Source of the DNA: Lysobacteraceae bacterium
GTDB lineage: Bacteria; Pseudomonadota; Gammaproteobacteria; Nitrococcales; AK92
Direction of reading: 5' to 3'
Assembly: GCA_012523465.1 (NCBI GenBank)
Contig: JAAYIK010000029.1
Coordinates: 18,392-42,391 of the forward strand
DNA length: 24,000 bases
The position numbers and the translations under genes were made by a program. Numbering within the stretch: position 1 is the stretch's first letter; every line of letters starts with the position of its first letter. Positions 1 through 10,347 of this stretch are shown in pieces. The notes under the pieces are model-generated. The model saw only the letters and a list, made by a program, of their open reading frames with translations, did no database searches and was not told the origin of the DNA.

Positions 1-1
1 G

Positions 2-1612
2 CCCGGCCCCGATCCGCTCTATGCGCTGCAGTGGCATTTGAACAACGTGGGTCAGACCGGCGGGGTGCCGGGCATGGACATCAACGTGATGCCGGTCTGG
101 GGCTGCATGGTGGGAGAGAGCTGCGGCGAGAGTGACGGTGGGCTGCGCGGGGAAGGCGTGCGCATCGCCATCGTCGACGATGGCCTGGAAGTGCGCCACC
201 CGGATCTATGGATGAACGTGGTCCCAGGGGCCAGCCTGAATTTTCTAACAGGCGGTCGCGACCCCACCCCCGGCCTGATCGACGACCAGGACATCGACGA
301 TCCCAACGACAGCCACGGCACGGCCGTCGCCGGCCTGGTGGCGGCCCGCGACTTCAACAGCGAAGGCGGCCGCGGCGTGGCCCCGCGCGCGCAACTCGTC
401 GGCATCAACCTGCTCAAAAGCCCCACCTTGAGCAATCAGGCCAGTGCGCTCACCCACGATCTCGCCCGGGTCGCCGTTTCCAACAACAGCTGGGGCGCCA
501 CCGACGGCAGCGGGCAGCTGCAGCCGGCCGACTTCAGCTGGCGCCAGGCGATAGAGAGCGGCCTGCAGCAAGGCCGCAACGGGCTGGGCACGGTCTATGT
601 ATGGGCCGCCGGCAACGGCGCGAGGGTGTGGGAGAACGGCCGCGCCGTCGCGGTGGACAACGCCAACTACGACGGCCGCACCAATTTCTACGGCGTGATG
701 GCTATTGGCGCCGTCGACCACGCCGGCCGCAAGACCGATTATTCCGAGGACGGCGCCAACCTGTGGCTGGTCGCCCCCGGCGGCAGCGGCCATTGTTCCA
801 GCAGCCTGGTGACCACCGACTTGTCCGGCCCGGGCGGGCTCAACGACGGCGCCAAGCCCGACGATCTGCTGGAGCACCCCGACTATACCCGCTGCATGGC
901 CGGCACCTCTGCCGCCACGCCGCTGGTCAGCGGCGTGGTTGCCCTGGTGCTGCAGGCGCGGCCGGAGCTGACCTGGCGCGACGTGCGCCTGGTGCTGGCG
1001 GAAAGCGCCCGCCGCCACGGGCTGGCGGCCAGCGACTGGTCGTCCCCGCGACCGGGCTACCGGAACCCGCTGCGCCACAGCCACCGCTACGGCTTCGGCC
1101 TGGTCGACGCCGCCGCCGCGGTCGCACTCGCCCACGATTGGGCATTGCTGCCGGCGCAGAAGGTCTTTCCGCCGCCGGTCTCGTCCGACGGCCCCGACAC
1201 CACCCGCCTCGTCGCCTCCCCGATTCCGAAAGGCGACACCGAGGGCCTTGCCGACACCCTTTGGATCAGCGGCAGCGGCATCAATTTCATCGAATGGGTG
1301 GACATCGAGTTCGCCAGCAGCCACAGCTATGCCGGCAATCTCGAAATCACCCTGACCAGCCCGGCCGGCACGGTCAGCCGGCTGGCGCTGCCGCATGGCT
1401 GCCGCAACTCCCGCAGCGGCCAATGGATAGCGGACTGCACCGGCGCCATCACCGGCCCGGACGGCGTCTGGCGCTGGCGCTTCGGCAGCGCCAGACACCT
1501 GGGCGAGGCTGCCGACGGGGCCTGGACGCTGCGCGTGGTCGATGCCGTCGACCAGCCCTTCAGCGGCAGTGGCGACTGGCAGTCCTGGCGTCTGATCATC
1601 CGGGGCCACTGA
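2..1612 (+). CDS. Kexin/furin-like subtilase (peptidase S8, S8B type) with a C-terminal P (proprotein-convertase) domain; 5' end lies outside the window
   Basis: The frame is open from nt 2 (PGPDPLYALQWHLNNVGQTGG...), so the TTG at 38 is not the true start. Catalytic motifs are present: IAIVDDG (Asp), DSHGTAVAG (His), AAGNG (oxyanion Asn) and GTSAATPLVSG (Ser). Furin-like blocks are LTWRDV and SHRYGFGLVDAAAAVALA. The C-terminal P-domain pattern is LEITLTSPAGTVSRL...GAWTLRVVD...GDWQSWRLIIRG. Confidence 0.85.
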   Translation, partial: PGPDPLYALQWHLNNVGQTGGVPGMDINVMPVWGCMVGESCGESDGGLRGEGVRIAIVDDGLEVRHPDLWMNVVPGASLNFLTGGRDPTPGLIDDQDIDDPNDSHGTAVAGLVAARDFNSEGGRGVAPRAQLVGINLLKSPTLSNQASALTHDLARVAVSNNSWGATDGSGQLQPADFSWRQAIESGLQQGRNGLGTVYVWAAGNGARVWENGRAVAVDNANYDGRTNFYGVMAIGAVDHAGRKTDYSEDGANLWLVAPGGSGHCSSSLVTTDLSGPGGLNDGAKPDDLLEHPDYTRCMAGTSAATPLVSGVVALVLQARPELTWRDVRLVLAESARRHGLAASDWSSPRPGYRNPLRHSHRYGFGLVDAAAAVALAHDWALLPAQKVFPPPVSSDGPDTTRLVASPIPKGDTEGLADTLWISGSGINFIEWVDIEFASSHSYAGNLEITLTSPAGTVSRLALPHGCRNSRSGQWIADCTGAITGPDGVWRWRFGSARHLGEAADGAWTLRVVDAVDQPFSGSGDWQSWRLIIRGH

Positions 1613-1650
1613 AGCCGAGCACCGCTTGGAGCCTTGCCAGCGACAGGAAG

Positions 1651-2259
1651 ATGAACATGCCGACATGCAAGCGCCTACTCCCGCTACTTATCCTGCTGCT
1701 GACCGGCACCGCCTGCGCCGGTGGCACCACCCCCCTTGCCGAGGCCGAGCCCATGCGTAGCTACGTTTGGTATGACGGCGACACCCCGCGGCAGGCCTGG
1801 CTGGATCCCGAGGTGGTGGCGATCTTCGGCGACCGTAACGACAGCGTCGACGCGGCGGTGCGCAGCCTGGCGCCCGCAGCCAGGCAGCTGCCGAGTGCGA
1901 CGCCAGGGCTGCGCCTCTGGCGGTTGCCGCAAGCCGTCAGGGCTGCCCGCAGCTTGCAGACGCTGGAGCCGGACGCCCGCATCTCACCGGTGTTGCGTGA
2001 CTCTCCCAGCCCGGACGGGCCGATGCGGGCGCTGCCTGGTGGGGTCATCGTTCATCTCGATCCCGCCTGGAGCAGCGAAGAGGCGGAGAGCTGGCTGCTA
2101 AGCCGCAATCTGCAGCCGGCGCGGGAAATCCTGCCCAATGCCTTCCTGGTGCCAAGCGAGCCGGGACTGGCCGCGCTGGAGCTGGCCAACCGGCTGAGAC
2201 AAGAGCAAGGCGTCGTGGCCGCCATGCCGGACTGGTGGCAGGAGCTGGCGCCGCGCTAG
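1651..2259 (+). CDS. Hypothetical secreted protein or lipoprotein (202 aa) immediately downstream of the S8 protease
   Basis: The ATG at 1651 is preceded by AGGAAG. The N-terminus MNMPTCKRLLPLLILLLTGTACAGG has a signal peptide with a lipobox-like TGTAC, though the -3 residue is atypical. It occupies the last third of the 208..2259 ORF, whose upstream part is an Arg-rich out-of-frame artefact over the protease gene. I recognise no family. Confidence 0.6.
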   Translation: MNMPTCKRLLPLLILLLTGTACAGGTTPLAEAEPMRSYVWYDGDTPRQAWLDPEVVAIFGDRNDSVDAAVRSLAPAARQLPSATPGLRLWRLPQAVRAARSLQTLEPDARISPVLRDSPSPDGPMRALPGGVIVHLDPAWSSEEAESWLLSRNLQPAREILPNAFLVPSEPGLAALELANRLRQEQGVVAAMPDWWQELAPR

Positions 2260-2274
2260 CCGAGCCAGCCGCCG

Positions 2275-4992
2275 TCAGTGGGCATCGGTCCAGTTGTCGC
2301 CGGCGCGGGCCTCCACTTCCAGCGCCACCGACAACTGGGCGGCGTTGCGCATGCGCTCCACGATGCCGGCCCTGACCTCCTCCACCTTCTCCGCCGGCAG
2401 CTCGAACACCAGCTCGTCGTGGACCTGCAGCACCATGTGCACGTCCGGGTGCTCGGCGCTGAGCCACTGGTCCAGGGCGATCATGGCCCGCTTGATGATG
2501 TCGGCCGCGGTCCCCTGCATGGGCGCATTGATGGCGGTGCGCTCGGCGTACTGGCGGCGCTGGCTGTTGCGGGAGTTGATCTCCGGCAGGTACAGGCGGC
2601 GGCCGAAGACCGTCTCGACATAGCCCTGGCGGCGGGCTTGCTCGCGGATCCGGTCCATGTAGGACTTGACCCCAGGATAGCGCTGGAAGTAGCGATCGAT
2701 GTAGCGTTGCGCCTGCTGGCGGTCGACCCCGATCTGGCGCGCCAGGCCAAAGGCCGACATGCCGTAGATCAGGCCGAAGTTGATCGCCTTGGCGGCGCGC
2801 CGCTCCTCGCTGCCGACCTTGTCCAGCGGCACGCCGAAGACCTCGGCAGCGGTCGCCCGGTGAATGTCCTGGCCGGCGGCGAAGGCCGCCAGCAGGCCTT
2901 CATCGCCGGACAGATGCGCCATGATCCGGAGCTCGACCTGCGAGTAATCGGCCGAGAGCAGTTTGCTGCCGGGAGCGGCGATGAAGGCCTGGCGGATGCG
3001 CCGCCCTTCCTCAGTGCGCACCGGGATGTTCTGCAGGTTGGGATCGGACGAGGACAGCCGGCCAGTGGCGGTGACCGCCTGATGGAACGAGGTATGGACC
3101 CGGCCGGTCTCGGGATTGATCAGCTCCACCAGCTTGTCGGTATAGGTGGACTTCAGCTTGGCCAGACTGCGGTACTGCAGAATGAGCCGCGGCAGCGGAT
3201 ACTCGTCGGCCAGCTGCTCCAGCACGCTCTCGGCGGTGGAAGGCTGGCCCTTGGGTGTGCGCTCAAGTACCGGCAAACCCTGCTTCTCGAACAGGATCTC
3301 CTGGATCTGCTTGGGCGAGCTGAGATTGAAGGCCTGCCCGGCCACCTCGTGTGCCTGCGCCTCGATCTCCTGCATGCGCTCGGCCAGCTCGCGGCTCTGC
3401 CGACGCAGCATGTCCGGATCCACCAGCACCCCGCACCGCTCTATCTTGGACAGCACCGGCACTAGGGGCATCTCGATCTCCTCGAACAGCTGCAGCAGCG
3501 AGGGCGTCTTCTGCAGCCGCGGGTAGAGCGTGTGATGCAGTCGCAGGGCGATGTCGGCGTCCTCAGCAGCATAGGCAGCGGCCTGCTCCAGCGGCACCTG
3601 GTCGAAGGTGATCTGCTTGGCCCCCTTGCCGGCGATATCCTCAAAGCGGATGGTGGCGTGGCCCAGATATTTCTGCGCCAGCGAGTCCATGTCGTGGCGG
3701 GTGGCGGTGGAGTCCAGTACGTAGGACTCCAGCATGGTGTCGTAGCGCACGCCGCGAAGAGTGATGCCATGGCGGGCCAGCACGCTCATGTCGTACTTGG
3801 CGTTCTGCAGCACCTTGGGGCGGGAGGCGTCCTCCAACAGCGGCTTGAGGTAGCCGAGCACCAGCGCGCGGTCAAGTTGGGCCGGTGCGCCGGGGTAGCT
3901 GTGCGCGACCGGCACGTAGGCGGCCTGCCCTGGCTCGACGGCGAAGGACAGCCCACAGATCTCGGCCCGCATGTAATCCAGGCTATTGGTCTCCAAGTCC
4001 AGCGCGAACAGCTCGGCCGCCTTGAGCTTTTCCAACCAGCGCAACAGCTCGGCCTCGCTGGTGATGGTCTCGTAGCCATCCTTGCCGATGACCTCCGGCG
4101 CGGCGGTGCTGGGATTGTCCTGTTCCAGCTCGGCCAGCAGGCTTCGGAACTCGAGCTCGGTGTACAGCCGCCTGAGCTCGGCGGGATCGCCTTCCTCCAG
4201 GGTCAGCTGGTCGAAACGCAAGGTCAGCGGGCAGTCAACCTTGATGGTGGCAAGCTGATAGGAAAGCAGGGCCTGCTCGCGGTGCTCCGCCAGCCGCTTG
4301 CCCAGTGTCCTGGCGCCGCGGATGTTCAGCGTGGCCACCCGGTCGAGATCGGCATAGATCTCCTCCAGCGAGCCGATGCCCTGCAGCAGTGCGCGGGCAG
4401 TCTTCTCGCCGACGCCGGGCACGCCGGGGATGTTGTCGACCTTGTCGCCCATCAGCGCCAGCAAATCAATAATGCGCTCGGGCCCCACGCCGAACTTCTC
4501 GATCACGCCCTCGCGGTCGAGCACCGTGTTGGTCATGGTGTTGACCAGGGTGATGTTGTCGCGCACCAGCTGCGCCATGTCCTTGTCGCCGGTAGAGATG
4601 ATCACCGGGCAGCCGCTTGCGGCTGCCTGCAGCGCCAAGGTGCCGATGACGTCGTCGGCTTCCACCCCCGGCTCCTGCAGCAGCGGCAATCCCATGGCGC
4701 GGATGACGGCGAGCAGCGGATCGATCTGGACGCGCAGATCGTCCGGCATGGGCGGGCGCTGCGCCTTGTAGGACTCGAACAACTCATCGCGGAAAGTCTT
4801 GCCCGGGGCATCAAACACCACCGCCATGTAGGCCGGCCGGTATTCCTGGATCAACTTGCGCAGCATGTTGATCACGCCGCGTATGGCACCGGTAGGCTGG
4901 CCGCGGGAAGTGGACAGCGGCGGCAGCGCGTAGTAAGCGCGATAAAGATACGACGAGCCGTCGACGAGGATCAGCGGCTTGGATTCAGACAT
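2275..4992 (-). CDS. polA: DNA polymerase I
   Basis: 905 aa. The 5'-nuclease N-terminus reads [16 protein letters not shown]. The 3'-5' exonuclease region reads [11 protein letters not shown]. Polymerase motifs are DYSQVELRI (A), [14 protein letters not shown] (B) and QVHDELVFE (C). Confidence 0.97.
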   Translation of the reverse strand: MSESKPLILVDGSSYLYRAYYALPPLSTSRGQPTGAIRGVINMLRKLIQEYRPAYMAVVFDAPGKTFRDELFESYKAQRPPMPDDLRVQIDPLLAVIRAMGLPLLQEPGVEADDVIGTLALQAAASGCPVIISTGDKDMAQLVRDNITLVNTMTNTVLDREGVIEKFGVGPERIIDLLALMGDKVDNIPGVPGVGEKTARALLQGIGSLEEIYADLDRVATLNIRGARTLGKRLAEHREQALLSYQLATIKVDCPLTLRFDQLTLEEGDPAELRRLYTELEFRSLLAELEQDNPSTAAPEVIGKDGYETITSEAELLRWLEKLKAAELFALDLETNSLDYMRAEICGLSFAVEPGQAAYVPVAHSYPGAPAQLDRALVLGYLKPLLEDASRPKVLQNAKYDMSVLARHGITLRGVRYDTMLESYVLDSTATRHDMDSLAQKYLGHATIRFEDIAGKGAKQITFDQVPLEQAAAYAAEDADIALRLHHTLYPRLQKTPSLLQLFEEIEMPLVPVLSKIERCGVLVDPDMLRRQSRELAERMQEIEAQAHEVAGQAFNLSSPKQIQEILFEKQGLPVLERTPKGQPSTAESVLEQLADEYPLPRLILQYRSLAKLKSTYTDKLVELINPETGRVHTSFHQAVTATGRLSSSDPNLQNIPVRTEEGRRIRQAFIAAPGSKLLSADYSQVELRIMAHLSGDEGLLAAFAAGQDIHRATAAEVFGVPLDKVGSEERRAAKAINFGLIYGMSAFGLARQIGVDRQQAQRYIDRYFQRYPGVKSYMDRIREQARRQGYVETVFGRRLYLPEINSRNSQRRQYAERTAINAPMQGTAADIIKRAMIALDQWLSAEHPDVHMVLQVHDELVFELPAEKVEEVRAGIVERMRNAAQLSVALEVEARAGDNWTDAH

Positions 4993-5040
4993 GGCAGCAT
5001 CCGTGGCATGGGGATGGAACGCCCTGATTCTGCCACAGCT

Positions 5041-5065
5041 GCGCCGGCGGCGTGGCCGCCGGCGC
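5041..5065 (-). terminator. GC-rich perfect hairpin downstream of the OMP gene (possible intrinsic terminator, no U-tract)
   Basis: GCGCCGGCGGC-GTG-GCCGCCGGCGC forms an 11-bp perfect stem with a 3-nt loop. It lies 18 nt past the OMP stop (5083) and before the polA start. No T-run follows on either strand. Confidence 0.4.
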
Positions 5066-5082
5066 CAAAGACCGCCAGCGGA

Positions 5083-5844
5083 TCAGAAGCGGGCCGAGAC
5101 CCCCAGATAGGGACCGGCGACCTCGAAGTCGGCGCTGACGTCATCGAGATCATCGAGCTTCAACTTCTGCAGCCGATAGCCCGCCTCCAATCCGACGACG
5201 TGGGCGAAGGTATATCGGATGCCGGCCTTGAGATCTGCCAGCTTATGACCGTCGTAGCTGATGGCGCTGCCCTCGGCACCGACATACAGGCCGGTGAAGG
5301 GAAGATTGGCACCGACGCGGGCATAGAGCATGGGCACGGGAGCGGTGAAGCTCATCCTTTGCGTGCTGCCCCCCTCGGGCGTGACGCTGACGTGGCCGTC
5401 GAGCACCTTGACGTTGATGCCCAGGTCCAATTCGACCACGTTATCGAGCAGGTTGTAGAATAGCGCGACGTCCCACTGATCGAGCTCCAGTTCGGAATCG
5501 ATCCGCTCTCCAACGCCTATCGCCTGGCCGCGCAGGCTGAATTCCTGGCCGACTCTCCCTGCCCCTTCGAACTTCATCGGCGCATGGCTGAGCTTGAAGT
5601 TGGGCAACAGCGGTAGCGGATGCACCACCCGCAGCCAGACGAAGCCGGTGGTCTCGCTGTCGAGGTGCAGATCGCGCTCGAGATCGGCGCGACCGCTGGC
5701 ACCGGACCGCTCGCTTTCAACCCAGCCGCTGGGATCGGCATACCAGCCAGAGATACCGACTTCCAGGCCAACGAATTCCGCCTGTGCAGCGGTGGCCACG
5801 GTTAGCAAGGCGGCCATGCTGAGTGCTTTGGTTACGGGACGCAT
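5083..5844 (-). CDS. Outer-membrane beta-barrel protein (253 aa)
   Basis: An AAGGAG SD sits 8 nt upstream. The signal peptide is MRPVTKALSMAALLTVATAAQA|EF. Amphipathic strands alternate through the sequence, and the C-terminus ends ...YLGVSARF with the terminal Phe typical of OMPs. Confidence 0.75.
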   Translation of the reverse strand: MRPVTKALSMAALLTVATAAQAEFVGLEVGISGWYADPSGWVESERSGASGRADLERDLHLDSETTGFVWLRVVHPLPLLPNFKLSHAPMKFEGAGRVGQEFSLRGQAIGVGERIDSELELDQWDVALFYNLLDNVVELDLGINVKVLDGHVSVTPEGGSTQRMSFTAPVPMLYARVGANLPFTGLYVGAEGSAISYDGHKLADLKAGIRYTFAHVVGLEAGYRLQKLKLDDLDDVSADFEVAGPYLGVSARF

Positions 5845-5948
5845 CGTACTCGCTCCTTGTGGAGATTGCGGTTGACGCTCGAGCAGCCTGTGCCCGGCGG
5901 GGGCGCATTATACGATGTGCTGGTCGAGAGTTTGTGGTAAAAGAAACC

Positions 5949-5969
5949 GCTCCCATGTCGCATGGGAGC
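5949..5969. promoter_or_regulatory. Perfect 9-bp inverted repeat in the divergent OMP/LOG intergenic region (candidate operator or 5'-UTR hairpin)
   Basis: GCTCCCATG-TCG-CATGGGAGC. It ends 18 nt upstream of the LOG-family ATG at 5987. Confidence 0.3.
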
Positions 5970-5986
5970 CGTGACAGCGAGATCTT

Positions 5987-6706
5987 ATGCACAATCGAGA
6001 CAAATTCATCGGACGCGAGCTTCCCAACGATTCGGTGCTCAGCCGCGAATCCTGGAAGATTTTCCAGATCGTGGCCGAGTTCGTCGAGGGATTCGAGCGG
6101 CTGGCACAGATCAAGCCTTCGGTCAGCATGTTCGGCTCGGCGCGGACCTCGCCGGACCACCCTTACTACAAGCTGGCCGAAGAGATTGCGCGCCTTTTGT
6201 CCGACGCCGGCTTCTCAGTGGTGAGCGGTGGCGGCCCCGGTCTGATGGAAGCCTTCAACAAGGGCGCCTACGCCGGCAAATCGCCTTCCATTGGGCTCAA
6301 CATCTCTCTGCCGAACGAGCAGGTCGGCAATCCCTATCAGGACATCAACCTGCAGTTCCGCCACTTCTTCTCGCGCAAGGTCATGTTCGTCAAGTACGCC
6401 TCGGCCTACGTGATGCTGCCAGGCGGCTTCGGCACCCTGGACGAGCTGGCCGAAATTCTTACCCTGGTGCAGACCGGCAAGGCGCGCCGAATTCCCATCA
6501 TCCTGGTGCAATCCGACTTCTGGAAGGGCCTGATCGACTGGTTCGAGAACGTGCTGGTCAAGCAGGGCATGATCAGCGAGACCGATCTGGAGCTGTTCCA
6601 GGTGATCGACGAGCCCGAGAAGGTGGTGGACGCCATTTTCGATTACTACGAAAAGCGCGGCTTCGAGCCTTCCAGCCAGGAGTGGGACATTCTCCTGGAC
6701 TTATGA
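5987..6706 (+). CDS. LOG-family / TIGR00730-type Rossmann-fold nucleotide-binding protein ('lysine decarboxylase-like')
   Basis: 239 aa. Motifs are VSMFGSAR, VVSGGGPGLMEA and the family signature PGGFGTLDELAEILTLVQTGK. Confidence 0.85.
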   Translation: MHNRDKFIGRELPNDSVLSRESWKIFQIVAEFVEGFERLAQIKPSVSMFGSARTSPDHPYYKLAEEIARLLSDAGFSVVSGGGPGLMEAFNKGAYAGKSPSIGLNISLPNEQVGNPYQDINLQFRHFFSRKVMFVKYASAYVMLPGGFGTLDELAEILTLVQTGKARRIPIILVQSDFWKGLIDWFENVLVKQGMISETDLELFQVIDEPEKVVDAIFDYYEKRGFEPSSQEWDILLDL

Positions 6707-7062
6707 GGACGCCCTCAATGCCGAGCTCCTTGCTGCGTCACGCCGTCCTGCTGCTCCTGCTGGCCAGCCCCACCGCGCTGGCGAGCGACGGCCCGGAGCC
6801 CACCGTCACTCCTCCGCCCCCGCCGGAGTCGCTGCGCCCGCAAGACGAGTCGGTGGAACCCAAGGTCACCATCCTGCGGCGGGCCTGGGCCACCATCGAG
6901 GAGTACAGCATCGGCGGGCGGATCTACGCGGTTAAGATCATCCCCCGGAACGGACCGCCTTATTACCTCTACGATTCCGACGGCGACGGCAGCCTGGAAA
7001 CCCGACGCGATGTCAATCCGGAGATGCCGGAAGTCAATCGCTGGCAGATATTGACCTGGTGA
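6703..7062 (+). CDS. DUF2782-like small secreted protein
   Basis: The signal peptide is (MRTPS)MPSSLLRHAVLLLLLASPTALA, followed by a Pro-rich linker. The core reads IEEYSIGGRIYAVKIIPRNGPPYYLYDSDGDG...RWQILTW. The start is either ATG 6703, which overlaps the LOG stop as ATGA, or ATG 6718. It is the real tail of the 5962..7062 ORF. Confidence 0.7.
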   Translation: MRTPSMPSSLLRHAVLLLLLASPTALASDGPEPTVTPPPPPESLRPQDESVEPKVTILRRAWATIEEYSIGGRIYAVKIIPRNGPPYYLYDSDGDGSLETRRDVNPEMPEVNRWQILTW

Positions 7063-7191
7063 TGCTTGACGCCAGCTGCCGGGGAAGGCGAGCATCATGA
7101 CTTTCTTAATCACGACATGCCGGGCACACGAGAAAATGCGGCGCTTGCCCATCGAGCGCAACAAGAATAGGCCCGGCCGGACGGGAAAACC

Positions 7192-7754
7192 ATGCACGTC
7201 TGGCTAAAACTGGCACGCTTCATCGACTCGCTCAACCAGCGCGTCGGGCAGGTTCTGTACTGGCTTAGCCTGATTATGATCCTGTTCGGCGTGTACAACG
7301 CCACCGTTCGCTACCTGGGCGTCTACATCGGCCGCAACCTCAGCTCTAACGCCTACATCGATGCCCAGTGGTACTTGTTCGGCATCATGTTCATGCTGGG
7401 CGCCGGCTATACGCTCCGCCACAACGGCCACGTGCGGGTGGATGTCATCTACGGGCGGCTCGGCGAGAAGACCAAGGCCTGGATCGAGGTACTGGGCACG
7501 GCGCTGTTCCTGCTGCCGTTCTGTATTGCTGCGCTCTGGTTCTCGCTCGACTGGGTCGAGCTGTCCTGGCGCGTCCGCGAAGGCTCGCCCAATCCCGGCG
7601 GATTGGCCCGCTATCCCCTCAAGGCGGTGATCCCCATCGGTTTCATGCTGCTGTTCCTGCAGGGAGTGTCCCATCTGATCAAAGCCGTCGCATTTTTGAC
7701 GGGGCATCGCGAGCGGCTGTTCGATCTCGCCGCCGGTGTTGAGGAAAAAAGGAT

Positions 7755-7758
<4 letters not shown>
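7192..7758 (+). CDS. TRAP transporter small permease subunit (DctQ-type)
   Basis: 188 aa with four hydrophobic segments. It lies immediately upstream of the large permease and overlaps it as ATGA. Confidence 0.8.
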
Positions 7759-9077
<1,319 letters not shown>

Positions 9078-9158
9078 CGAACGGAACGTACTACGCTAAT
9101 AACGTAGCCAGCGGGCTCGACAAACATAACGATCACAGCTAGGCAAAGGAGGAATCCC

Positions 9159-10292
9159 GTGAAGCGTCGTAATTTTCTGAAGGCGATGACGGCCGGCGCC
9201 GCCGGCGCCGCCGCCACCGTAGCTGCGCCGTACGTCCATGCGCAAAAGGAACCGACCATCCGCTGGCGCATGGCCACCAGCTGGCCGACCAGCCTTGCCA
9301 CGCTGTACGGCGGCGCGCAGGACTTCGCTAAGCGGGTGAGCATGCTCACCAACGGCAAGTTCAACATCCGCCCCTACGCCGCCGGCGAGATCGTCAGCGG
9401 CCTCGGCGTGCTGGACGCCGTGCAGACCGGCACGGTGGAGATGGGCCACACCGCGTCCTATTACTTCATCGGCAAGGAGCGCACCATCGCCATCGACACG
9501 GCGCTTCCGTTCGGCATGACCACCCGCATGTTCCAGGCCTGGTACTATCGCGGCGGCGGCCAGGAGCTGCTGAACAACGAGGTATTCTCGGCCTTCAACA
9601 TCGTCTCGTTCGCTGGCGGCAACACCAACACCCAGATGGGCGGTTGGTTCCGCAAGGAAGTGCCTGATCTCGCCTCGCTTAAGGGTCTGAAGATGCGAAT
9701 CCCGGGCTTCGGCGGCGAGATCCTGGCCGAGCTCGGCGTCAACGTGCAAAACCTGGCGGCGGCCGAGATCTATCCGGCGCTGGAGCGCGGCGTCATCGAC
9801 GCGGCCGAGTTCGTCGGCCCCTACGACGATGAGAAGCTGGGTCTCTGGCAGGTGGCCAAGTACTACTACGCCCCGGCCTGGTGGGAGCCATCGGCGAACT
9901 TCTCCATCTACGTCAACAAGAAGGAGTACGAGAAGCTGCCGGATCAGTTCAAGGAGGCGCTGCGCATCGCCGCTGCCGACTCCAATATCCGCATCACGGC
10001 GCAGTACGACTACCTCAACCCCATCGCCATGAAGAAGCTGCTTGACCGTGGCGTGCAGTTGCGCAGCTTCAGCAACGACGTCATGGCGGCGGCGCGCAAG
10101 ATCGCCTTCGAGATGTACGAGGACCTGGCCAGCAAGAACAAGACCTGGGAGAAGGTCTACCGGCCTTGGAAGAAGTTCCTCGACAGCCAGATGGCCTGGG
10201 CCAGCGCCAACGAGAACGTCTACAACGCCTTCGCCGCGCAATTCGCCGATCTCAGCCTGATGGGCGCCGAGACTGGCGAGAAATACCGCTAA
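9159..10292 (+). CDS. TRAP transporter periplasmic solute-binding protein with a twin-arginine signal
   Basis: A GTG start is preceded by a strong AAGGAGG SD. The Tat-type signal is MKRRNFLKAMTAGAAGAAATVAAPYVHA. The mature part reads WRMATSWP... and resembles the 'mannitol/chloroaromatic' (COG4663-like) class of DctP-type receptors. Confidence 0.85.
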   Translation: MKRRNFLKAMTAGAAGAAATVAAPYVHAQKEPTIRWRMATSWPTSLATLYGGAQDFAKRVSMLTNGKFNIRPYAAGEIVSGLGVLDAVQTGTVEMGHTASYYFIGKERTIAIDTALPFGMTTRMFQAWYYRGGGQELLNNEVFSAFNIVSFAGGNTNTQMGGWFRKEVPDLASLKGLKMRIPGFGGEILAELGVNVQNLAAAEIYPALERGVIDAAEFVGPYDDEKLGLWQVAKYYYAPAWWEPSANFSIYVNKKEYEKLPDQFKEALRIAAADSNIRITAQYDYLNPIAMKKLLDRGVQLRSFSNDVMAAARKIAFEMYEDLASKNKTWEKVYRPWKKFLDSQMAWASANENVYNAFAAQFADLSLMGAETGEKYR

Positions 10293-10314
10293 GCGCGGTC
10301 GCAGCGACGTCTAT

Positions 10315-10342
10315 GGGCCGCTCACGGGCGGCCCTTTCGTTT
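10315..10342 (+). terminator. Rho-independent terminator between convergent TRAP-SBP and uvrD genes
   Basis: GGGCCGC-TCACGG-GCGGCCC forms a 7-bp GC stem and is followed by TTTCGTTT. It begins 23 nt after the SBP stop. Confidence 0.7.
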
Positions 10343-10347
10343 CTACC

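Noticed and set aside
245-1666. A 473-aa ORF antisense to the S8 protease. Similar long ORFs overlap real genes: 208..1650 (+), 2278..3465 (+), 3532..5463 (+), 9096..10241 (-), 15790..16482 (+), 20323..20994 (+) and 22002..22835 (-).
   Set aside because: All overlap strongly recognisable genes on the other strand or in another frame. Their translations are low-complexity and Arg/Ala/Gly/Pro-rich with no recognisable motifs. This is the expected stop-codon-poor artefact of high-GC DNA.
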